A DNA stretch of 64,000 nt from an uncultured Chloroflexia bacterium (GTDB lineage: Bacteria > Chloroflexota > Limnocylindria > Limnocylindrales > CSP1-4), in NCBI GenBank assembly GCA_963774695.1, contig CAVZFY010000010.1, forward strand, positions 199,899 to 263,898, given 5' to 3'. The translations under genes and the position numbers were made by a program. The notes beneath the pieces were generated by a model. The model saw only the letters and a list, made by a program, of their open reading frames with translations, was not told the origin of the DNA and did not search any database. Positions 1 to 10,795 of this stretch are shown here, one piece after another; positions within the stretch are counted from its first letter, which is position 1, and every line of letters starts with the position of its first letter.

Positions 1-936
1 ACGGCTCTGAGCGTCCGACAACGAGGCAACGGCGGCGGTGCGCGTCGGTCGAAGTGGCTGACGATCGCGCTGTTCCTTGCCCCGGCGCTCGCGCTCTACG
101 TGGTGTTCGTCCTGCTGCCGATCGCGCAGGCCGCGCACTACAGCCTCTACAAGTGGAACGGCCTCACGCCGCTCACCGACTTCATCGGCCTGAAGAACTA
201 CCAGGTCGCGCTGTCGAGCGAGGCCTTCCGGTCGGCGATCGGCAACAACGTCCTGATCATCATCCTGTCGCTCGCGATCCAGATCCCGTTCTCGCTGGCG
301 CTCGCGGTGATGCTCAACCGCCGGTTCCGCGGCCGGGCGATCTTCCGGCTGCTGTTCTTCCTGCCGTACGTCCTCTCCGAGGCCGTCACCGGCATCGTCT
401 TCCGGCTGCTGCTCCAGCCGCATGCCTTCGTCGACACGTCGCTGTCGGGGATGGGCCTCGGGTTCCTGGTGCAGGACTGGCTGGGGGACGCGAGCTTCGT
501 GATGGTCACGATGTTCGTGATCATCTCGTGGAAGTACTTCGGCTTCCACATGATCCTGATGCTCGCCGGGCTGCAGGGCATCCCGAAGGAGCTGGAGGAG
601 GCGGCCCTGATCGACGGCGCCGACAAGCGGCAGGCGTTCCGGCACGTGACGCTGCCCCTGCTCGGCCCGACGATCCGCGTCTCGATCTTCCTCTCGATCA
701 TCGGCGCGCTCCAGCTGTTCGACATGATCTGGGTCATCACCGGCGGCGGACCGCTCAACGCGTCGAACACGATGGCGATCTCGATGTTCAAGGCGGGCTT
801 CATCGGGACCCAGATGGGGTACGGCTCGGCGCTCGCCGTGATCCTGTTCCTGTTCAGCCTCGTGGTGGCCCTGGCGTACCAGCGGTTCGTGCTCCGGCGC
901 GACACCGAGGGCGCCCTCACGACGTTCGGTGGCTGA
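1..936 (+). CDS. Carbohydrate ABC transporter permease (5' end lies outside the window)
   Basis: Frame +1 is open from base 1. Multiple TM helices and the EAA loop 'ELEEAALIDGA', followed by 'LQLFDMIWVITGGGP'. Confidence 0.93.
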   Translation, partial: TALSVRQRGNGGGARRSKWLTIALFLAPALALYVVFVLLPIAQAAHYSLYKWNGLTPLTDFIGLKNYQVALSSEAFRSAIGNNVLIIILSLAIQIPFSLALAVMLNRRFRGRAIFRLLFFLPYVLSEAVTGIVFRLLLQPHAFVDTSLSGMGLGFLVQDWLGDASFVMVTMFVIISWKYFGFHMILMLAGLQGIPKELEEAALIDGADKRQAFRHVTLPLLGPTIRVSIFLSIIGALQLFDMIWVITGGGPLNASNTMAISMFKAGFIGTQMGYGSALAVILFLFSLVVALAYQRFVLRRDTEGALTTFGG

Positions 937-1843
937 CCCGATGGCCACGACCACCACGAACGTCGGCGCCACGGCGGACGCCGCGCGTCGAACGGGGATC
1001 CGCGTGGCGCGCCCGAGCCTGCTGGGCGTCGTCGCCTACATCGTGCTCGTGAGCGTCGCCGTCGCGATCCTGATCCCGATCGGGTACGCCGTCCTGGGCG
1101 GCTTCAAGACCAACGGGCAGCTGGCCGCCGACCCGGGCCAGATCCTGCCGAACCCGTGGGTCCTCGACAACTACCAGGAGGTGCTGTTCGGGTCCAGCGC
1201 CGGCTTCTTCTGGGGCGAGTTCGGCAACAGCCTCGTGATCGCGGTCATCTCGGTCGTCGTCGCCGTGGTGTTCGCGTCGATGGCGGCCTTCGTCTTCGCG
1301 CGGATGCAGTTCCGGGGTCGCGAGGCGCTGTTCACGCTGTTCGTGTTCGGGCTGCTGTTCCCGACGGCGGTCGCGATCCTGCCCCTGTTCATCCTGATCC
1401 GGAACCTGGGCCTCACCGGGACGCCGCTCGGCGTCGCGCTCCCGCAGGCCGCCTTCGCGCTGCCCCTCACGATCGTGATCCTGCGCCCGTTCTTCCGGAG
1501 CATCCCCGCGGAGCTCGAGGACGCGGCCCGGATCGACGGCTGCAGCTCGTTCGGCTTCTTCTGGCGCGTCCTGCTGCCCCTCGCTCGACCCGCGCTCGCG
1601 ACCGTCAGCGTGCTCGCGGTCGTCACGACCTGGAACGCGTTCCTGCTGCCGCTGGTCATCCTCAACGGCGCGGACCAGTGGACGCTGCCGCTCGGGGCCC
1701 AGAACTTCTCGACGCAGTTCTCGTCGGACCAGGCGCGCATCCTGGCGTTCACGGTGGTCGGGCTGATCCCGGCGATCATCTTCTACGCGATCGCCGAGCG
1801 CCAGCTGGTGGGCGGCCTCACGTCCGGGGCGGTGAAGGGCTGA
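929..1843 (+). CDS. Carbohydrate ABC transporter permease (MalG-like)
   Basis: EAA motif 'ELEDAARIDGCS' and C-terminal 'GGLTSGAVKG'; directly follows the previous permease. Confidence 0.93.
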   Translation: MADPMATTTTNVGATADAARRTGIRVARPSLLGVVAYIVLVSVAVAILIPIGYAVLGGFKTNGQLAADPGQILPNPWVLDNYQEVLFGSSAGFFWGEFGNSLVIAVISVVVAVVFASMAAFVFARMQFRGREALFTLFVFGLLFPTAVAILPLFILIRNLGLTGTPLGVALPQAAFALPLTIVILRPFFRSIPAELEDAARIDGCSSFGFFWRVLLPLARPALATVSVLAVVTTWNAFLLPLVILNGADQWTLPLGAQNFSTQFSSDQARILAFTVVGLIPAIIFYAIAERQLVGGLTSGAVKG

Positions 1844-4217
1844 TGACGACGATCGAGGCCCGCTACCGCGACGCCAGCCTGCCGATCGAGCAGCGGGTCG
1901 CCGACCTGCTCGCCCGGATGACGCTGGCCGAGAAGGTCGCCCAGCTGGGGTCGGTCTGGTCGTTCGAGCTGTTCAAGAGCGAGACCGAGCTCGACCAGGC
2001 GCGGATCCGCGAGCGGCTCGCGGGCGGGCATGGGCCAGATCAGCCGGGTCGCGGGCGCGACCAACCTCGATCCGGCGGGCGCCGCCGAGGCCGGCAACGC
2101 GATCCAGCGCTACCTCGTCGAGGAGACGCGCCTCGGGATCCCCGCGATCCTCCACGAGGAGACGCTCCACGGCCTGCTCGCCCGCGGGGCGACGTCGTTC
2201 CAGCAGTCGATCGGCGCGGCGGCGGCCTTCGACCCCGAGCTCGTCGAGGCGATCGCGACCACGATCCGCCGGCGCATGCTCGCGATCGGCGGCCGGCTCG
2301 CGCTCGCGCCGGTCCTCGACACCACCCGCGACCCGCGCTGGGGCCGCGTCGAGGAGACGTATGGCGAGGACCCCTACCTCGCGACCGAGCTCGGCGTCGC
2401 CTACGTCCGCGGGATGCAGGGCGACGACGTGGCCACCGGCGTCGTCGCGACCGGCAAGCACCTCGTCGGCCACGGGCTCGCCGAGGGCGGGCTCAACCAG
2501 GCGCCGGCCCACCTCGGGCCGCGCGAGATGCGCGACGAGCAGCTGCTGCCGTTCGAGGCGGCCGTCCGCGTCGCCGGGCTCGCGAGCATGATGCCCGCCT
2601 ACTGCGACGTCGACGGGCTCCCGTGCCACGCGTCGCACGAGCTGCTCACGGACATCCTTCGCGACGAGTGGGGCTTCGACGGGATCGTCGCCTCCGACTA
2701 CACGGCGGTCCAGATGCTCGTCGGCGAGCACCGGCTGACGAGCGACCTGGGCACCGCCGCGTCGATGGCGCTGCGCGCGGGCCTCGACAGCGAGCTCCCG
2801 ACGTCGGCCGGGTTCGCGGGGCCGCTGATCGCGGCGATCGCGGACGGGCGGATCGACGAGTCGCTCGTCGACCTCGCGGTCGAGCGCAACCTGCGGCTCA
2901 AGTTCCGCCTCGGGCTGTTCGAGCGGCCCTACGTCGACGCGCCGTCCACCGCGATGCTCGACCAGCTCGACGCGGAGGAGCACGCGCTCGCCGCCCGGCT
3001 CGTGCGCGAGTCGGTCGTGCTGCTCGAGAACGACGGCGTGCTGCCGCTCCCCGGTGACGGCGGCCGGATCGCGGTCATCGGCCCGATCGCGGACAGCGCG
3101 CGGGACATCATGGGCGACTACGCGCACATGCCCCACATCGAGACGCTCGCGGAGCTCCGCCACCAGGCGAATCCGTTCGGCTTCCCGTCGAGCGACGTGA
3201 TCCAGCCCGCCGACGAGGTCGCCGCGTGGCCGACGATCCTGGGCGCGCTGCGCGAGCGGTTCGGGGAATCGCGCATCGCGTTCGCCCACGGCACCGGGAT
3301 CCGCGAGGGAACGGACGACGAGATCGCGGCGGCCGTCGAGCTCGCCCGCTCGTCGCGAGGTCGCGATCGTCACGGTCGGCGAGCGGTCCGGGCTGACGTT
3401 CGACGCCACGACCGGCGAGTCGCGCGACCGCCGGGACCTCACGCTGCTGGGCCGCCAGCAGGAGCTGCTCGAGGCGGTCGTGGCGACCGGCACGCCGACG
3501 ATCCTGCTCGTCGTCAGCGGGCGTCCGCTGGCGCTCGAGTGGGCCGCGACGCACTGCGCCGCGATCGTGCTCGCCTGGGTTCCCGGCGAGTCCGGCCCCG
3601 CGGCGATCGCCGAGATCCTCGCGGGCGACGCCGACCCCGGCGGCCGGCTCCCGATCACGATGCCCCGCCACGTCGGCCAGGTCCCGCTGACCTATCGGCA
3701 CCACCCCACGGGCGGACGCTCGAACTGGAAGGTCGACTACGTCGACGGCAGCGTGACGCCGGCCTGGCCGTTCGGGCACGGGCGCTCGTACACGACCTGC
3801 ACGATCGAGGCGCTCCGGGTCGACCACCACGAGCTCGACACCGCGGGCGACGTCGTGACGGTGCGGGTCGACGTCACCAACACGGGCCGGCGGGCCGGCG
3901 ACGAGGTCGTCCAGCTGTACGTCCGTGACGAGGAGGCCTCGGTGGCGCGGCCCGTCATCGAGCTGCGCGGCTTCCGGCGCGTGCACCTCGATCCGGGCGA
4001 GTGCCGGACCGTGACGTTCCGGCTGTCGACCGAGGAGCTCGCGTACATCGGCGCCGACTACCGGCGCGTCGTCGAGCCCGGGCGCGTCCGCCTGTTCGTC
4101 GGCCGCTCGTCCGCGGACCTGCCGCTCGTCGAGGAGCTGCGGCTCGTCGGCCGCACGGTCGAGCTGGTCGAGCGCAGCTGCTACATCACCGAGGCGAGCG
4201 ACGCCCGCGAGGGCTGA
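1843..4217 (+). CDS. Glycoside hydrolase family 3 (beta-glucosidase/xylosidase) with C-terminal FN3-like domain; frameshifted near 2028 and 3355
   Basis: 'RVADLLARMTLAEKVAQL', 'RDPRWGRVEETYGEDP', 'KHLVGHG', 'WGFDGIVASDY', 'PFGHGRSYT', 'GDEVVQLYVRD'. ATG overlaps the upstream stop codon. Confidence 0.93.
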
Positions 4218-4358
4218 CCCATCGACGTCCGGCGCTGCCGGTTTGTCGCCGTTTGACGTATCCGCCGCCCGCTCGCCGTCCATCGCCGGCGACGGGCGCC
4301 CCGCGCGATGCTGCGGTCACCGGCCCACCCGAGCGGCCGGATCGACGGAGCCACCAAC

Positions 4359-4562
4359 GTGCAAGACCTCGCCCCCCTGTTCCAGATCGTGATCGTGATC
4401 GCCGCGGTCGTCAGCCCGATCCTGCTGTTCACCCGCTTCCTTCGGGGCGACTCTCCGCTCTCGTTCGCGCACATGTTCTACGTCCCCGACGCTCCTTCCT
4501 GGCCGCGCGGCGTCCAGGAGGAGGAGCCCGTCCACTTCGTGTTCGGCGGGTCGGCGGCCTAG
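4359..4562 (+). CDS. Small (~67 aa) single-TM hypothetical protein with a WPRGVQEEEP motif
   Basis: GGAG SD 8 nt before a GTG; N-terminal hydrophobic helix; GC3-rich codons. Confidence 0.7.
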   Translation: MQDLAPLFQIVIVIAAVVSPILLFTRFLRGDSPLSFAHMFYVPDAPSWPRGVQEEEPVHFVFGGSAA

Positions 4563-5152
4563 CCGGCGGTCCCGCGCGCCGGTTCGGGCGCCCCGCCATC
4601 GGCGGGCACCCAGACCGGTGCCGTCTCGTGCAGCGGCTGGTACGCGCGCACCTTGTCGCGGTTGACCAGCACCACCTCGTGGTGGACGGGCGACGTCCCC
4701 GACCCGTCGAGCTCGACGTCCGCGTCGGTCACCGGCATGAACCGCGACCACTGGGTCAACGCGTTCAGCGACTGCGCGTTCGGCGACCGGTGGAGATAGC
4801 CCGTCACGGTGTACGGCCCGGCCTCGAGCCGGACGTGCTCGCGGATCGTGCGCAGCCGTCGCTGCGGATCGCCGCGACGGCCGTCGACCTCGATGAGGCT
4901 CAGCTCGCGACGGTCCACCTCGACCTCGTCGAGGCTGACCTCGTGCCCGTCCTCCAGGGCCGTCAGCGACGCGGCGAAGAACACCACCACGTCACGGTCG
5001 TTGACGAGGTCGCTGAGGCGCCCCTCGTCGAGGTCGACCTCTCCCTGAACCCGGCAGTCCTCAGCCCAGGCAACGAGCCGCTCGCGCACGTCGTCCCACT
5101 CACCGACCGTCCGCCCCGGGAAGACCGGGTCCTCGCATCGTGGCGCGAGCAT
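4559..5152 (-). CDS. Hypothetical protein, DUF6812-like tandem beta-barrel
   Basis: 197 aa ORF with 'GRLSDLVN', 'GPYTVTGYLH', 'RFMPVTDA', 'VLVNRDKV'. Family assignment is from memory of the motif pattern. Confidence 0.6.
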   Translation of the reverse strand: MLAPRCEDPVFPGRTVGEWDDVRERLVAWAEDCRVQGEVDLDEGRLSDLVNDRDVVVFFAASLTALEDGHEVSLDEVEVDRRELSLIEVDGRRGDPQRRLRTIREHVRLEAGPYTVTGYLHRSPNAQSLNALTQWSRFMPVTDADVELDGSGTSPVHHEVVLVNRDKVRAYQPLHETAPVWVPADGGAPEPARGTAG

Positions 5153-5228
5153 ACGCGTGTGCGGTGTGGTGCGGAAGGGGCCGGTGTGGTGCGGTCGCGG
5201 CGGCGGCGCGGTGGCGCCCGGCCGTCGT

Positions 5229-6387
5229 CTACGGCAGCGCCTTGAGCGCTTCGCCGGCGAGGGCGGGGTCGGCAGGACTCGACGATGTACACCACGCCGT
5301 TGGCGGGGAGCACGTAGTCGAGCTTGCCGCCGTCCCCGTAGTCGATGCGGGTGACGTCACGGCCCCCGACCGTCACGGCCTCCTTCTTGACGCCGGAGCC
5401 CGTGGCCGCGAGCCACGCGTCGATCGCGAGCGACTTCAGGGCCTTCTCGTTCATGCCGTCGACCGACAGGCCGGTGATCACCAGCTGCGAGCCCCCGTCC
5501 TCGTCCGACGCCTGCGCGATCTTGAGGTCCGCGGGGGTGTGGCCGTCGGCCCGCAGCGCCGCCGTGATCGCGCGGCTGCCCTGGTCGTCGCCCAGCACGT
5601 CCTCGCCGGTCAGGCTACCGACCGTGAGGGCGACGTCGCCGACCTTCGACGGGATGCTCGCCTCGAGCGCCGGTGCCGCGGGGCTCCCGGACGCCTCGGC
5701 CGCGTCGGATGGCTCGGCGTCGGAGGCGCCGTCCGAGGCGGCGTCGCTCGACTGGACGTCCTCGGTCCCGACCGGCTGCTGGCCGCCGTCCCCGCCGAGC
5801 GCGATGTCGAACGCCGAGGCCATCGTGTCGACGTCGCCCTCGCTCGCGTCGCCCGAGGCGGCGAGGTACACGACGATGTCCCCGTGGCGGAGCTGGACGA
5901 ACGTCGCGCCGGAGTCGTCCGTGGCGCTGAACGCCTGGTCGCCGAGGTCGTCGCGCTTGACGACGGTCTGGCCCGCGTCCTTCGCGGCGTCGGACGACCG
6001 GGTGACGGCGTCCTCGGCGCCCGTCGGGAAGCACGTGATGGTCGCGTAGACCACGGCCTGGGTCGACGTCTCGTCCGACGGCACCGCACCGACGATCGTC
6101 ATCTGCTTGCGGTCGACGTCGTACTGGCTCGCGCTGACCGTCCAGCCGTCGGGGAGGTCCCCGGTCTTGGGGTTCGTGTCCCATGCCGCCGTCTGGCAGG
6201 CGCTGCCGGCGGGGGTGACCGCCCGCCAGGCCGTGAGGGCGAGTGCCCCCGCGGCGATGGCGATCGCGATCAACGCGATCCGGCGCGTGGTCCGGCCGGT
6301 ATCCGCCAGCTGCGCCCGCTCGTCGGACGGCTTCATGCGCGGCTGGCCCGTGGCCGGATCGGGGCGTGGCGATCTGGGGGCGCTCAT
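5229..6387 (-). CDS. Membrane-anchored extracytoplasmic hypothetical protein with two domains and an acidic Ser/Ala linker; frameshift near the 3' end
   Basis: Basic N-terminus then TM 'RRIALIAIAIAAGALALTAW'; the shifted frame ends 'DPALAGEALKALP*' at 5229. Confidence 0.7.
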
Positions 6388-6432
6388 CTGCCGAGAGCAT
6401 GCCCTGCCTGGCTGAGTGCTGCCTGAGAACCG

Positions 6433-6837
6433 TCAGCGTGCCCGCATGCGGTTGTTCTTCGGGTTGTGCTCGACCTCGGCCAGGCCGAGGGTCTCGAGGA
6501 GCGGCGGCAGGTAGACGCCGAACCGCCCGCGCAGGCCCTTCTTCATGCCGTACCAGCCGCCGACCGGGTTCGACTCGGAGCGGCCCCACGCCTCGACCGT
6601 CCCCTCGGGCGCGGGCTTCTGCTCGTCGGCCCCGCCCAGCGGGACCCAGTCGCCCTGCTCCTTGAGCCACGCGGCGAGGTCGTCGATCGCGCGCAGCTGG
6701 TACTTGAGCTGGGTGCCGCCGACCTGGCAGAACAGGGTCGGCGGGTCGGCCGCCTCGTCCTTCCACATCTGGTACTGCGAGCCGCCGTTCGCCGTGGTCA
6801 GCTGCCACGGATCGTCGCGCGTGCCGGATCCGGCCAT
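6433..6837 (-). CDS. Conserved hypothetical protein (DUF6855-like)
   Basis: 'GTRDDPWQLTT', 'GDWVPLGGADEQK', 'NPVGGWYGMKKGLRGRFGVY', 'EHNPKNNRMRA'; GGAGG SD upstream. Confidence 0.75.
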   Translation of the reverse strand: MAGSGTRDDPWQLTTANGGSQYQMWKDEAADPPTLFCQVGGTQLKYQLRAIDDLAAWLKEQGDWVPLGGADEQKPAPEGTVEAWGRSESNPVGGWYGMKKGLRGRFGVYLPPLLETLGLAEVEHNPKNNRMRAR

Positions 6838-6900
6838 CGTTGCCTCCCGATCTGCCCCGTCGTCAGGCCGAGCATAGCCCCGACGGCGCGCCGGACGGGG

Positions 6901-7623
6901 TCAGCGCCGGCGCAGGTTGTGCGGGAACGTCGGACCCGGCGGCGCCGGGATGGCCGCCAGGACCGTGGGATCGCCCGCCGCGTGCCGCCGGGCGAGCTCG
7001 AGGCGCAGGCTGCGCTCGCCGCTCGCGCCCGTCGCGCGGAGCGCCGCGGACAGGCTCCGGTAGGAGTCGCGGAGCAGCCGCGCGACCTCGGGCCAGTAGC
7101 CCTTGCCGGGTCCGGTCGGCCCGTCCGGATCGGCCTCGGCACCGCGGTCCCGGACCTCGGCCGCGAGCCCGCGCAGCCGGCCCGCCTCGGCCACCGTCGC
7201 CTTCGGCACGTGATAGAGCTCGGCATAGAGGTCGGCGATGACGTCGCCCGCCGCCTCACCGGCCGCGAGCCCGATCTCCCGCCGGACGACCCACCAGCGC
7301 AGCTCGCGCCGCGCGACGGCCTCGGCGTCGACGGTCGCGGGCAGCCCGAGCATCCGGTAGCCGCGGACGATGTCGGGCAGGAAGCGGTCGTAGTCGCCAT
7401 CGCTCCGGCCGAAGCCCGCGGCGGCGCGTGCCAGGACGAACGCGGCGGCGACGGCTCGAGGCCAGGACACGCCCGCCTGCTCGTGGTTGGCCTGGACGAG
7501 CAGCGTCATCAGGCGGACCGGCTGGCGCCGGTAGTAGGCCTTCCACATCCGGAGCTCGAGGAGGGCCAGGCGCTCGGGGTCGAAGTCGTGGCCCCACGTG
7601 GCCGCGGCGGGCGATGTCGACAT
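6901..7623 (-). CDS. Conserved alpha-helical hypothetical protein
   Basis: 'FDPERLALLELRMWKAYY' and 'ARRELRWWVVRR'; intact ORF. Confidence 0.65.
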   Translation of the reverse strand: MSTSPAAATWGHDFDPERLALLELRMWKAYYRRQPVRLMTLLVQANHEQAGVSWPRAVAAAFVLARAAAGFGRSDGDYDRFLPDIVRGYRMLGLPATVDAEAVARRELRWWVVRREIGLAAGEAAGDVIADLYAELYHVPKATVAEAGRLRGLAAEVRDRGAEADPDGPTGPGKGYWPEVARLLRDSYRSLSAALRATGASGERSLRLELARRHAAGDPTVLAAIPAPPGPTFPHNLRRR

Positions 7624-7719
7624 CGGTTGCTCTCTGCAGGGTGGCGGTCGGAGGACGTCGCGTCTTGTGCGCGCCTGCCGGCCCACCGGATCACATTGGA
7701 ACAGGTCTCGCCGCCGCCG

Positions 7720-8516
7720 TCAGCGAAGGCTCTGGGCGACCTCGATCGTGCGGTCGCGGCCGAGCGTCGACGTGAGCCGGTACACCGTGCCGTCGCGCTC
7801 GAACACGAGCGTGTCGCCGACCAGCGACGCATACGCCACACCGACGGAGCCGTCGGGGCGCACGACCATGAGCTCGTGCGGCGCCCCGGAGATCCACCAG
7901 CCGCGCCCGCCGTCGACCGCGACCGGCTCGACCGTCGACCCGCGGCCGACCAGCTTCGTCACCAGGGTCTCGTCGAGGATCCCCGGGATCGCCATCACGG
8001 TCATGGCGAGGTCGCTCCCGACGAGGGCCGGCGCACCGTCGGCGGCGCGCCAGGCGAGCGTGACGATCCGGTGGTCCTGCACGCCGAGCACGTACGCCAC
8101 GTCGGGCGCGGCATCGCGGCGGGCGTCAGCACCCGCGGCTGGTCGAAGGCGCGGGCCTCGTCGAGGGGCACGGGCGAGCCGAGGTCGAGGGCCGCCCCGG
8201 CCGGCGGCAGGCTCGTGACCGGTCAGGATCTCCACGCCCGGCAGGCGGAAGCCGAGCGCGCCGGCGACGCCGGCGAGGGCGAGCGCCGCGACCAGCGCCA
8301 GCGCGACGACCGCCACCGCGCGCCGCACCGACGGGCGGCGGATCGGGCGGGACCGCGGCTCGAGCGAGGCGACGCCCGCGCCGCCGGCGGCACCGCGCCG
8401 CGTCCGCGATCCGCGCCAGCACCGTCGCTCGCAGGTCTGGGGTCTCGGGCCAGGTCGCGGTCGTGGCCGCGGCGCGCAGCAGCATCTCCACGCCCGTCTC
8501 CTTCGGGCGCCGTCAT
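7720..8516 (-). CDS. Putative anti-sigma factor or single-TM protein coupled to the ECF sigma; frameshifted
   Basis: Start overlaps the sigma stop codon. 'WPETPDLRATV' N-terminus, then a TM helix and an extracellular domain ('GRGWWISGAPHEL', 'TLVFERDGTVYRL'). Confidence 0.6.
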
Positions 8517-9115
8517 GGCGAGACCTCGGCGAGCGGCCCGACGCCGTCGAGCTCCTCGCGCAGCCGGGCGAGGCCGCGATGCAGCCGTGACTTCACCGTC
8601 CCGGCCGGGACCCCGAGCGCGGCCGCGGTCTCGGCCTCCGAGAGCTCGAGCAGGTAGCGGCACTCGACGACGAGTCGCTCCTCCTCGCGCAGGTGGCCGA
8701 GCGCCGCGCGGACCTCCGCGTGCGACTCGCCCGCGAGCAGGACGTGCTCCGGGGATGGCGCGATGCCGGCCGCGGCGTCGCCGCGGACCGCGCGGATCGC
8801 CCGGTCGAGCACCCCGGCGCGCCGCCCGAGCGCCCGCCGGCGGTTCCGGGCCTCGTTGCCGACGACCTGGAGGAGCCAGGGCCGGAACGGTTCGCCGGCC
8901 CGGAACCGCGCGAGCGCGAGATAGGCGCGGACGAAGCCCTCCTGGGCGGCATCCTCGGCGTCGGCGGCCGACCCGAGCAGCAGGTACGCCACCCGGAAGG
9001 CCGCGCCCTGGTGCATCGTCACGAGCTCGCCGTACGCCGACGCGTCGCCGGCCTGGGCGCGCCGAACGAGCACCGCCTCGGCGGCATCGGGCTCGTCGGG
9101 CGCCGCCGGCCGCAC
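8513..9115 (-). CDS. ECF-family RNA polymerase sigma factor
   Basis: Region 2 'DAEDAAQEGFVRAY...FRPWLLQVVGNEARN'; region 4 'LSEAETAAALGVPAGTVKSRLHRG'. Confidence 0.92.
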   Translation of the reverse strand: MRPAAPDEPDAAEAVLVRRAQAGDASAYGELVTMHQGAAFRVAYLLLGSAADAEDAAQEGFVRAYLALARFRAGEPFRPWLLQVVGNEARNRRRALGRRAGVLDRAIRAVRGDAAAGIAPSPEHVLLAGESHAEVRAALGHLREEERLVVECRYLLELSEAETAAALGVPAGTVKSRLHRGLARLREELDGVGPLAEVSP

Positions 9116-9122
9116 GAAGGCG

Positions 9123-9820
9123 TCAGGCCTCGCGCGCCGGCTCGGACGCGGGGTGGGCGGGGATCCGCGACCGCCGGTTGGCCGCGAGCATCAGCCCGAC
9201 GCCGGCGAGGAGCCCCGCCAGCGCGACCGGCGGCGACGAGGAGCGCGACCGCCAGCGTCGACGGCGCGGGGACCGAAGCCGGCGCAGGCGCGGTGGCCGG
9301 AACGGCTGCCGGGGCGACGGCGGGCGGCGCGACGGACGCCCGCGCGAGCGGCGTCACCGCCGGCGCGAGCGCGGGCGCGACCTGGGCCGTCTGCGCGTCG
9401 ATCCCGCCCGGGACGAGCGCCAGGCCCACGAGCTCGATCGGCAGGTCGCTCGTGCCCCGGACGCCGACATCGACCGAGGCGGTCCCGGCCGGCGGGACCT
9501 CGATCCGGAACAGGTAGTGGCCGCTCTTGTCCTCGCGGCCCATCTCCCGGACCGACGACCCGTCCCGCCCGACGAGCTCGAGGTAGAGCGGCGAGCCCTC
9601 GACAGGATGCGTGACGGAGCCGTCGGGAAAGATGACCGACACGCCGACGAGCAGCGTCGTGCCGCCGGGGGTGTCGCGCCCGATCGGGGCGTCGAGGAAC
9701 GCCTGGAAGCCCTCCTTCGCGAGGGCCGGGCCGGCCGCGACGGCGGCGAGCGCCAGGGCGGCGAGGAGGGCCGGAACGGTCCCCAGCCCATGTGGTGGTT
9801 CGGCGGTTCAGGGTGCGCAT
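9123..9820 (-). CDS. Secreted, C-terminally anchored hypothetical protein; frameshifted
   Basis: Signal-like 'LLAALALAAVAAGPALAK', a small beta domain, an Ala/Pro linker, then a C-terminal TM and basic tail. Confidence 0.55.
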
Positions 9821-9850
9821 CGTGGCCTCCAGCGGCGGTGTCTGCGCGTG

Positions 9851-10795
9851 TTACACCGCCCGGTCGCCGTCGGTTCCCGGCAGTGGCCGCGTGACCGGGC
9901 GGCCGCCGGCGAGCCACGTCGGGCTCCGGAGCGGATGGCCGACCGCCGACGCGATGTACGCCGACGCCGCCATCACCCCATCGAGGCTCACGCCGTGCTC
10001 GATGCCGAGCCCGTCGAGCAGGTAGACGAGGTCCTCGGTCGCGAGGTTGCCGACGGCGCCCGGGCCCGCGAAGGGACAGCCGCCGAGGCCGCCGGCCGAG
10101 CTGTCGATCACGGAGACGCCGCGCTGGAGCGCCGCGAGCACGTTGGCGAGCGCCTGGCCCCGGGTGTCGTGGGCGTGCAGGCCGATCCGCTCGATGCCGA
10201 CGACCGGCACGACGGCGTCGAGGACGCGGTCGACGTCGCCGGGCGTCGCCGCCCCGATCGTGTCCCCGAGCCCGATGTCGTCGCAGCCGAGGTCGACGAG
10301 GCGGCCGGCGACGGACGCGGTGGTCGACGGCGCGACCGCCCCCTCGTACGGGCACCCGAACGCCACCGACACGTAGCCGCGGACGCGCATCGAGCGCGCC
10401 TTGGCGCCCGCGATGACGGCGTCGGCGTCGGCGAGGGCCTCGTCGGTGGTGCGGTTGAGGTTCGCCCGGTTGAAGGAGTCGGTGGCGCCGATCACGACCG
10501 CGACCTCGTCCGCGCCTGCGGCGATCGCGCGCTCGAGGCCACGCAGGGTCGGGACCAGGACCGGGTAGCGGACGCCGGGCCGTCGGTCGAGCGACGGGAA
10601 CAGGACGTCGGCGTCGGCGAGCTGCGGCACGGCGCGCGGGTGCACGAACGACGTGGCCTCGATGACGGACAGCCCGGCGGCACCGAGGCGGTCGATGAAG
10701 CCGCGCTTGACCTCGGTCGGGATCTCGGCGGCCTCGTTCTGGAGCCCGTCGCGCGGGCCGACCTCGACGATCGTGACCGCCGCCGGGAGCGTCAT
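9851..10795 (-). CDS. Hydroxymethylglutaryl-CoA lyase
   Basis: '[13 protein letters not shown]', '[12 protein letters not shown]', '[17 protein letters not shown]'. Confidence 0.95.
   Translation of the reverse strand: MTLPAAVTIVEVGPRDGLQNEAAEIPTEVKRGFIDRLGAAGLSVIEATSFVHPRAVPQLADADVLFPSLDRRPGVRYPVLVPTLRGLERAIAAGADEVAVVIGATDSFNRANLNRTTDEALADADAVIAGAKARSMRVRGYVSVAFGCPYEGAVAPSTTASVAGRLVDLGCDDIGLGDTIGAATPGDVDRVLDAVVPVVGIERIGLHAHDTRGQALANVLAALQRGVSVIDSSAGGLGGCPFAGPGAVGNLATEDLVYLLDGLGIEHGVSLDGVMAASAYIASAVGHPLRSPTWLAGGRPVTRPLPGTDGDRAV

Noticed and set aside
6466-9894. Very long Arg/Pro/Ala-rich ORFs such as the 1142 aa ORF on +, and many similar shadow ORFs
   Set aside because: These are antisense or off-frame shadows of real genes in high-GC DNA, with no recognisable motifs.
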